DNA from: the human T2T-CHM13v2.0 reference genome, Homo sapiens
DNA length: 64,000 nucleotides
Reading direction: 5' to 3'
Assembly (NCBI GenBank): GCA_009914755.4
Contig: CP068257.2
Location: 23,456,001-23,520,000 of the forward strand
Shown: positions 55,545 through 64,000 of the stretch, piece by piece
Layout: each line of letters opens with the position of its first letter
Position numbering within the stretch: the first letter of the stretch is position 1
The notes under the pieces: generated by a model
Database searches by the model: none
Told to the model about the DNA's origin: nothing
The model's input: the letters and a program-made list of their open reading frames with translations, nothing else
Position numbers and translations under genes: made by a program

Positions 55545-57335
55545 ATAAATTTGTAGCAGTAGAGTGGGGCACTGCTGAAAAGATTCCCAAAAATGTGGAA
55601 GCAACTTTGGAACTGGGTAACAGGCAGAGGTTGGAACAGTTTGGAGGGCTCAAAAGAAGAGAGGAAAATGTGTGAAAGTTTGGAACTCCCTAGAGATTTG
55701 TTGAATGGCTTTGACCAAAATGTTGGTAATGATATAGACAATGAAATCCAAGCTGAGGTGCTCTCAGTTGGAGATGAAGAACTCGTTGGGAACTGGAGCA
55801 AAGGTGACTCTTGCTATGTTTTAGCAAAGAGACTGGTGACATTTTGCCCCTGCCCTAGAGATTTGTGGAACTTTGAACTTGAGAGAGGTGATTTAGGGTA
55901 TCTGGAAGAAGAAATTTTTTTTTTTTTTTTTGAGATGGAGTCTTGCTCTGTCACCCAGGCTATGGTGCAGTAGTGCTGTCTTGGCTGACTGCAAACTTTG
56001 CCTGTGGGTTCAAGCAATTCTCTACCTCAACCTCCTGAGTAGCTGGGATTATAGGCACCCACCACCACATCTGGTTAATTTTTGTATTTTTAGTAGAGAT
56101 GGGGTTTCACTATCTTGGCCAAGCTGGTCTTGAACTCCTGACCTCATGATCCACCCACCTTGGCCTCCCAAAGTACTGGGATTACAGGCGTGAGCCACCA
56201 CGCCCCACCTGGAGGAAGAACTTTCTAAGCAGCAAAACATTCAAGAGGTGACTTGGGTGCTCTTAAAAGCATTTAGTTTTAAAAGGGAAACAGAGCACAA
56301 AAGTTTGGAAAATTTGCCACCTGACAATGCAATAGAAAAGAAAATCCCATTTTCTAAGGAGAAATTCAAGCTGGCTGCAGAAATTTGCATAAGTAGTGAG
56401 GAGTCAAATGTTAATCAGGAAGACTATGGGGAAAATGTCTCCAGGGCATGTCAGAGAGCTTTGAGGCAGCCCCTCCCATCACAGGTCCAGAGGCCTAGGA
56501 GGAAATAATGGTTTCATGGGCTGGGCCCAGGGTCCGTCTGCTATATGCAGTCTAGGGATTTGGTTCCCTGTGTCCTAGCCACTCCAGCTGTGACTAAAAT
56601 AGGCCAAGGTACAGTTTGGGCCATGGCTTCAGAGGGTGCAAACCTCAAGCCTTGGCAGTTTCCATGCTGTGTTGAGCCTGAGAGTGCACAGAAGTCAAGA
56701 ATTGGGGTTTGGGAATCTTTGCCTAGATTTCAGAGGATGTATGGAAATGCTTGGATGCTCAGGCAGGTTTGCTGCAGGGGTGAGGCTTTCTTGGAAAATC
56801 TCTGCTAGGGTAGTGCAGAAAGAAAATGTGGGGTCAGAGCCCCCACATGGAGTCCCTACTGGAGCACTGCCTAGTGGAGCTGTGAGAAGAGGGCCACTGT
56901 CCTCCAGACCCCAGAATGGTAGATCCACCAACAGCTTGCACTGTGTACCTAGAAAAGCTGTAGACACTCAATGCTGGCCCATGAAAGCAGCCAGGAGGGA
57001 GGCTGTACACTGCCAAGCCATAGAGTGGAGCTGCCCAAAACCATGGGAACTCACCTCTTGCATCAGCATGATCTGGATGTGAGACATGGAGTCAAAGGAG
57101 ATAATTTTGGAGCTTTAAGATTTGACTGCCCCCTGGATTTTGGACTTGCATGGGGCCTTTAGCCCCTTCATTTTGGCCAATATCTCCTGTTTGTAATGGG
57201 TGTATTTATCCAATGCCTGTATCCACATTTTATCTAGGAAGTAATTAACTTGGTATTGATTTTACTGGCTCATTGGCAGAAGGGACTTGCCTTGTCTCAG
57301 ATGAGACTTTGGACTGTGGACTTTTGAGTTAATGC
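55545..57335 (+). mobile_element. MaLR internal region (THE1-int-like), forward orientation, with nested Alu; 3' LTR absent
   Basis: Directly follows the THE1 LTR. It is homologous, as a reverse complement, to 47758-48888. Track ORFs in this stretch (55593-55973+, 56545-57162+, 55493-55801-) are translations of this repeat. Confidence 0.6.
55915..56206 (-). mobile_element. Alu SINE, reverse orientation, nested in THE1-int, with ~12-bp TSD
   Basis: Poly-T then gagatggagtcttgctctgtcacccaggctatggtgcagtagtgctgtcttggctgactgcaaactttgcctgtgggttcaagcaattctctacctcaacctcctgagtagctgggattataggcacccaccaccacatctgg ... cctcccaaagtactgggattacaggcgtgagccaccacgcccc. The direct repeat ctggaagaagaa / ctggaggaagaa sits at 55902-55913 and 56209-56220. 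Confidence 0.9.
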
Positions 57336-57337
57336 TG

Positions 57338-57637
57338 AAAAAATACCTTTTATGAATTTATCTCTCTGTGGCCTCAATCATTTTGAAAGTTGATTTTTCA
57401 GAATCTTTTCTGGCTTTTCCCCAGATTCCAAGTAATATATAGTCTTTCTCCAAACACTCACCATTACTAGCTGTTTTCTTTACTTACTCTCTTTTCATAC
57501 TCTTCACCAACACCTCCTTCCCAAACCTGGGCTGCCTGCACATGGATCATTCTTTTTTCCTTTTTATATGGTCTGCTGAGAAGGATTATCTGTTTTCTTA
57601 TCTGAATGTGTTTCTTCTCAGGAATAATTTTCCTCAT
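57338..57637 (+). repeat. Left arm of a long inverted repeat (arm ~300 bp, partner at 58652-58945)
   Basis: The reverse complement of 57338-57637 (…cctgagaagaaacacattcagataagaaaacagataatccttctcagcagaccatataaaaaggaaaaaagaatgatccatgtgcaggcagcccaggtttgggaaggaggtg…ttggaatctggggaaaagccagaaaagattctgaaaaatcaactttcaaaatgattgaggccacagagagataaattcataaaaggtatttt) aligns with 58652-58945 at an estimated ~85-90% identity. Confidence 0.7.
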
Positions 57638-58651
57638 GATCTCTTGAATATGTTTTTCGTATTGTTGTTAAATAATGTATGATGACTAAATGCCTACATT
57701 TTCTAAGACCAACAAATTTTTATAATTATACACATATTTTTATTTTCTCTTAATGCAAATTTTCAAATGGTCAAATGAAGTAAGAGCCTTGCTCAATTTA
57801 TTGACCTGCACTTTTACTCCTCATCTCTATTCCATGCTGAAGTAGAAGAAATCAAAGGATTTTCATGAAATCCTGTACATGATTTAAAATTGAAAACCTA
57901 TATTTTATATGTAATTTGTGCTTTAGTTTATCATTAAACAAAATATTAATCAATACTTTTTCAATAAAAATTTTGATCCACTTTGGTTCAGAAGCAAATT
58001 TAGAGTCATGTGATGACAATGATCCATGCTTACAGGACTGCTAGTTATATACGGATTATTCCTAACAACTTAACTACTGGTGGTCTTCTTATTATTCACT
58101 ATCCCATACATTTCTAAGTCATGTTCTCCAGCTAATAACAATGAAACTTTCATGTTAATCTTAGCTAAACTTGTTGGGGAAGTTATATCTTCTGGGATGA
58201 AGTAAAAAAAAAGTTATAGAATGTATTTGCAAGCCATATAGAAATAATATGTAGATTTATTAGCTTTGGGCATTGTAACTCACTTTTCCTCTATTGATTC
58301 AAATAATTCAAATAATTATCTGAGACAGTTTCATTAAAAAATAATGAATAAACTCAAAACTCATGGAATTTCTGGATCTAAGTGTAGACTTATAGTAAAG
58401 TTGTAAAATCACCTTGCTTTTGTAGTCTGACCATGATATGCATGGCAACTGGAGGAAACGTTTGAACCAGAATGAAGTGAACAAGCAAAGATTTTATTGC
58501 AATAAGAGATAATAAGAAAAATTCAGTTTTTAAGCTGTTTCTCTGAGCAATAGCCAAGGGCTATAAAAACATGTCTGTTGAGGGGATCATGGAGACAGAA
58601 TGTGGCTGAGAGAGACATGCAATAGAGTCGTTGTATTGGTCCATTTTCACA

Positions 58652-58945
58652 CCCTGAGAAGAAACATATTCAGAAGGGGAAACAGATAATCCCTCTCAGC
58701 AGACCATATAAAAAAGAAAAAAGAACGATCCACGTGCTGGCAGCCCAGGTTTGGGAAGGAGGTGTTTGATGGTGAGGAGTATAAAAAGAGAGTAAGTAAA
58801 CAAAATAGCTAGTAATAGTGAGTATCTGGAGAAAGACCATAAGTTACTTGGAATCTGGGGAGAAGCCAGGAAAGATTCTGAAAAATCAGCTTTCAAAATG
58901 ATTGAGACTACAGAGAGATAAATTCATAAAAGGTATTTTTTTCTT
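58652..58945 (-). repeat. Right arm of the long inverted repeat
   Basis: ccctgagaagaaacatattcagaaggggaaacagataatccctctcagcagaccatataaaaaagaaaaaagaacgatccacgtgctggcagcccaggtttgggaaggaggtgtttgatggtgaggagtataaaaagagagtaagtaaacaaaatagctagtaatagtgagtatctggagaaagaccataagttacttggaatctggggagaagccaggaaagattctgaaaaatcagctttcaaaatgattgagactacagagagataaattcataaaaggtatttt. The ~1.0-kb spacer (57638-58651) is unique AT-rich DNA. Confidence 0.7.
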
Positions 58946-60224
58946 TGTCTTCTATATCATGCAATGTTTAACTTTGCCATCCACATTTGGCTACAACAGA
59001 CTATGTATTTTGGTTGTTTGCATAGATTTCTTCTTATTGTGATTCTGTGCTGAGATGGATCACAGAATCGCTCAACTTTAATACTGTTGTAATTACCATT
59101 TATAGCTAATATCTATAAATAAGTAACAATCATGTAATATTTAATATATTCACATAAATATACATAAATCCTGTTCCATGAGAAATACAATGTGAAAAAC
59201 ATTTCAAATACCCTAATGTACATAGTTTAGTAATAATACTAAATTACCAGAAAATTATTGGTTTAATGACAATCACAACATAAATGCACACTTTTTTTTG
59301 ATAGAACAGTTTTAAATTTCTCATATAACCACTTTTATTTTTATATTAAAAGTGAAGATCCCACAGAAAATACAATGGTAATTGTGCTACAGCAACCTAT
59401 AAAAAGGATAACTAGAAAATATGACTTTGCACGCTGTATACTGCTATTTCAATTTCGTGGCTTATACATTTTAAGAAATTAAACTTTATTATTTCAAGAG
59501 GAAATTTATTTAAAAATCAATCGAAGAAAACTAAAAATTGTATAATAAAATATAGATATTATATGGACATTCACCTAAATGTGATATTAATAATACAAAT
59601 AGTTGAAATTGATTACATAGGGAACAAGTATTCATCCCATAACCTGTAGACAACATATCTTTAAGAGTCTCATGCTCTACTGACTGAGCTGGCTAGGCAG
59701 TCACAATATTTTAAAATTAACCAAAACAAATCAATAAATTAAAAAGTATATTTAAGTATGTCATGTTTTTCTAATTATTTTTTCATCTATATATTATTTG
59801 TATATGATTTATACATATATACTGTAGGTATATATATTAGACAGGTATGTTTTTTACATAAGTGTGGGGAGAGAGAAAAAGGAGGTATTTACTACTACCT
59901 AGTGATACTATTGCTAGCATCCAAATTGATAGGTTTAAACCCTAGATAAATGAAAAACTTTCCAAGGTTATTAGGGAGATGAACCACCAGAATATATTCT
60001 TATTCTTATGTAAACTAATGCAGTGTTAACATATTTCAAAGCATTGATTATGTTACAGTTTTATATTTCTTCCTCACAATAGCAAGAAGAGTAGGAATTA
60101 TATACTGTGCACAGTGATGTTTTTGCTTCTCTGAAGAGTTGAAGTCAAGAATACCATATTTAATCACAGAATATGAAATATAATAATTCACATATGAAAA
60201 AATATGCAAGACAGTTGAAAGAAA

Positions 60225-60305
60225 GAAATGAAAAATTAAAAGGCAGGAAGAAAAAAGAGAAGGAAGGGGAGGAGGGGAAGAGGGGTGGAGGGAGGGAGGG
60301 AAGGT
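60225..60305. repeat. Purine-rich (GA/GGA) low-complexity tract
   Basis: gaaaaattaaaaggcaggaagaaaaaagagaaggaaggggaggaggggaagaggggtggagggagggagggaagg. Track ORFs 60048-60317(-) and 60173-60376(+) are its translations. Confidence 0.7.
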
Positions 60306-62192
60306 TGTTAGCACCACACAAGCAAATAGAACACAGAAGACAGCACTATGCTTCCAAAGGCAAGAGAAAGCTATAACTTCCCCACTAACCTCCCAACCAC
60401 TTTAACCTCCCAGGCATAAGCAATTAGGTTTCAGGCCATCAGAGAATGATTAGTGGGTGAACCCAGGGCAGCAGTTATTGAGGTTAATTGAAGAGTAGAA
60501 AGCAGCAAGATTGGGACACTGATTGGTGGTTTTGGTGGGAGTGGTGGAGACTCAGGCCTTGCCAATGGGCAATGCCCCAGAAGGGAATCTCTGGGAGAAG
60601 AAGCCAGCCACTGCATATAGGCTAGAGGACAGAGGCCAGAGTCACTGAGTCACTGCTGGGATAGCTGGGCTCATTGAACAGGACCACCGGTAATGATGCC
60701 CACTTCTAAGGGACACGGGACACATGACCTGTCATTGCAGAAAATACCACTTAGCAGCAGTGTCAGGTGGCCAAAGAGGTGACAGCAAAGGTGACACTTA
60801 CTATGACTATAACTGAGCTTACATCAACTTTCCTATCAGTGTGAGTTCCTGGGTCCTGAGGTTTAAAACTTAAATAGAGTTGATTCCTAAAACCATCTCC
60901 AGTTCTAAATACACTATTTAATTTTGTGATTGGGCTAAAATGTTGTCACTGAAATTACTTTTACTGGAATAGTCCCTGGAATTATTTCAATGTACTCTTA
61001 CTAAAAATAAAATTTTTGACTTTGTATCTAACTAGCCGCATCCAAAGCGAGTTGATTTACCTTAAGTTAAACCATAGCCAAATTATACTTTAAGGGATTA
61101 GTTTATGTATTAAAGAGTTACATATATAAATACGTAGAATATTTAAGTCATTTGTATATAATTATGCTAATAAAAAGTTTAACTTCTATTAAGGGCCTGA
61201 GGAAAAAAATGTATTCAAAGATTTGGGACATTGGAGAAATAGAATGCTATATCCACTGTAGCCGTATGACCAAATTGTGACTTTATAGACACACTTGGAA
61301 TAGAAAAGAACCCTTCAGGGCATCTGATTTGAAATTTCTTCTCTAGCATCTAACACTCCTGCTGATGCAGGAATTATTACATCCCATGGTCTTGCCTCTC
61401 CAGAGGCAGTCAGAAGCATTTTTAAGCAGCTCGATTAGAAAAATCTTCCTTATGTTAATCTGAAATAATTCTCCTAGACATTTTTTCACTTTCTTTATTC
61501 TAGTCTAAAACTGTAAGTCCACAAGGAATAAATTAAATGCCTCTTGCACAGGAAAGCTCTTGGTTTGTTCAGGAGGAGCCCTCAAACTTCCCTGTAGCCT
61601 TCCCTTCTATAGACCCAACAGCATAATTCTTTCAAGGAAGCATCATCTGTCATGCTTTCAACTCCCTTTATAATTCTAATCCCCTAACCTCTGAATGTCT
61701 TCCAGTTTGTCAATATCTCTCTTAAAGCCTGATGCTAAGCAAAATGTTCCAGCTAAGATAAAACAAAATGAATGGAAAACAGAACCATCCCTTCCATTAT
61801 TCTATACATTGATCAACGTAGCCAAGATCAAATTAACTGTTCTAGAAAGTGTCAATTACTATTACTCCTATCGGTGATGCGGCTCACTCTGTACATGTCA
61901 ATTAATCTTCAGTATAGTTTTTGAAAAGAAGAGAAATAGAGACTATATATGATGTCTCTTAATCCTCTATTAAAATACAAAAACGTTCACCATTCCATCT
62001 TAACAGGACTCCAGAAGTAATTTCTGCTATTTCTGGAGTGTTATTTCAGCAACTCACACTCAAGGGGTTGCCTTTACTCAATGCAAAAAAAGAGAAAAGC
62101 AACTCTAAGTCTACCAAGTGTGCAATACAAGCACCTGTTGCAGGGAAGGTAGTTGGCACTAAAGTTGGGCACTGAAGTACAGAGCATCTCAC

Positions 62193-62370
62193 CTTTCTTT
62201 GTTGTCTCCTTAAAGCGACCCAGCAGATCAAGATTAGCACCTTCAAAAGTGACAAATCCCACACATAAAAAATATTTTTCTACAAACCGTCCAAAACCAA
62301 TTTTATGAGCCAGATATTCATGGAAAAATGGTGTTTGTTTTGCTATTCTGGCATCATTCCCCTTAGTCAT
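62193..62370 (-). CDS. Candidate protein-coding exon (unknown gene), minus strand, ending at a consensus 5' splice site
   Basis: The minus strand reads …tgtttattttcttgttttcaa ATG ACT AAG GGG AAT GAT GCC AGA ATA GCA AAA CAA ACA CCA TTT TTC CAT GAA TAT CTG GCT CAT AAA ATT GGT TTT GGA CGG TTT GTA GAA AAA TAT TTT TTA TGT GTG GGA TTT GTC ACT TTT GAA GGT GCT AAT CTT GAT CTG CTG GGT CGC TTT AAG GAG ACA ACA AAG AAA G|gtgagatgctctg. It is an open frame of ~59 codons (MTKGNDARIAKQTPFFHEYLAHKIGFGRFVEKYFLCVGFVTFEGANLDLLGRFKETTKK). A polypyrimidine tract and the first AG (ctaag|G) lie upstream, and an AG|GTGAGA donor lies downstream. The sequence is non-repetitive and the peptide composition is globular-looking. 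Gene identity not recognised. Confidence 0.35.
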
Positions 62371-63412
62371 TTGAAAACAAGAAAATAAACACATTTAAAA
62401 GATATTTTTTCATCAACAGGATTGAAAAAGAGCAGCACTGAATAGAACTTTAAAAACTGTGATTTTGATGAAGGATTATCTTAATTTCAAGTAAATTTCT
62501 GTATAATAATCAAGACAGACAGGTACATAAGGAAAAATGCCAGAAATAAATATAACTGCTAACATGCATTATCTTCTTATTCATCATTTGTGTGTGTGCC
62601 TAAAAATAAAAATATCATTAAAAATAAGCTAGTCACTTGATTTTTTGTGTGTGTTCTAATCAAAGTCCCCACAGTCATAGTACCTACCAGGTCTCTTACC
62701 TCTTGTCTATCATTTTAAGTCCTTCATCCCCAAATCATGTAATCAAGCTAGTATTCAGACAAACAACCACTTTCCTCCACAGGTCACTTAGCAATGAATG
62801 CATCCATTGCTCGACTAAGATTACTCTGAGCAAATATTTTAGAGTGTCTATTCCTAGAGAATTGTACTAGCAGCTACAACAAGAACAGACTCTTCTTCAT
62901 GGGCTAATAATGTAATACTTGTGACAAACTTTATTGCAGCTATTAATACAAGATCCATACTAGTTTCTGTTAATTATGTCTTTATTTACATGAACCAAAG
63001 AGTCAGCAATTTCAAATAAAAAAGTACCTTAGACATCATCTGACCCAATTCCCTCTCTGCCTAGGTAGGACACTAAAGCCCAGAGAGGCTTGTCAGGAAG
63101 CCATATAACCCCAAATTGTCTACTGAGTCATGTTTACTTTCAATAAGCAACCTACCACTTCTATAAGGTATAAGAAGTAGAATTAAATATACTATTTTGA
63201 ATAATGATTAAAGAGGCAAAGAACATTTCCTAAGCATTGAGACATTTTTCAATTGTGTCTTGTTTCTACCTGCGTAACCTTTATAGAATATTCTCCACTA
63301 GCCACCTTTACCTAAATGACTCTAACTTGTCTTTAGAACTCAGCTCAGAGGTCATTTCCTCAAAAAAGTCTTCTGTCACCCCCAGCATTAAATTAAATGT
63401 CTATGTTATACA

Positions 63413-63787
63413 GTGATATGGTTTGGCTGTATCCCAACCTAAATCGCATCTTGAATTGTATAATAATCCCCACATGTCATGGGAGGGCCCTGGTGGGAGG
63501 TAATTGAATCACGATGAGGGTTACCCTCATGCTGTTCTCATGATACTGAGTGAGTTCTCATGAGATCTGATGGTTTTATAAGGGGCTTCCCCTGCTGCTT
63601 TGCTCAGCACTTCCCCTTCCTGCTGCCATGAGAAGAAGAACATGTTTGCTTCCCTTTCCACCATGATTGTAAGTATCCCGAGGCCTCCCCAGACGTGTAG
63701 AACTGTGAGGCAATTAAACCTCCTTTCTTTATAAATTACCTAGTCTCAGGTATGTCTTTATTAGCAGCATGAGAACAGACTAATACA
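63413..63787 (+). mobile_element. MaLR LTR, MST/THE1-class, solo
   Basis: tgatatggtttggctgtatcccaacctaaatcgcatcttgaattgtataataatccccacatgtcatgggagggccctggtgggaggtaattgaatcacgatgagggttaccctcatgctgttctcatgatactgagtgagttctcatgagatctgatggttttataaggggcttcccctgctgc ... cctccccagacgtgtagaactgtgaggcaattaaacctcctttctttataaattacctagtctcaggtatgtctttattagcagcatgagaacagactaataca. Confidence 0.75.
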
Positions 63788-64000
63788 TATAATTTTCTTG
63801 TCCCACCTTTACTCATAGCATTTGTCACATTTATAATTGTACATTCATCTGTGGTTGTGTGATTAACATCTGTCACCCCTACTAGACTCAAAATTCAGTG
63901 AATCAGAAATAGCATCTCTGAATTTGCCCATTATTGCACATGAGCTCTTAGACCATGGTTCCAGCACCCAGTAGGTACCCAGTATATACTATTGCATATC

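Overview
This window is primate (almost certainly human) nuclear DNA, not a prokaryotic locus. It is AT-rich, has no operon-like gene packing, and carries about 11 Alu SINEs in both orientations, several with intact target-site duplications. Overall it looks like a gene-poor intergenic or intronic stretch.

Other repeats present:
- several 5'-truncated L1 3' ends
- MaLR retrotransposons: two THE1/MST-type copies that each keep an LTR plus internal sequence, two solo THE1/MST LTRs, and an MLT1 LTR pair
- a Tigger1 DNA transposon with TIRs, TA duplications and a nested insertion
- an LTR12/HERV9-like solo LTR with CCAAT and TATA boxes
- MIR-like fragments and many microsatellites

Nearly all ORFs in the six-frame track are artefacts: translated Alu, L1, THE1-int or low-complexity tracts.

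I found no CRISPR array, no defence system and nothing prokaryotic.

Things that are not simply explained by known repeat families:
- a candidate protein-coding exon on the minus strand (~62193-62370) ending in a consensus GTGAGA donor
- a ~300-bp inverted repeat pair flanking ~1 kb of unique DNA (57338-58945)
- a tandem array of ~310-360-bp units (49977-51000)
- a CpG-decayed 5S-rRNA-like segment (8520-8640)
- an L1 insertion whose target-site duplication is itself triplicated upstream

Family names come from my memory of consensus sequences, and all coordinates are read by eye. Every call should be confirmed with RepeatMasker/Dfam and BLAST.
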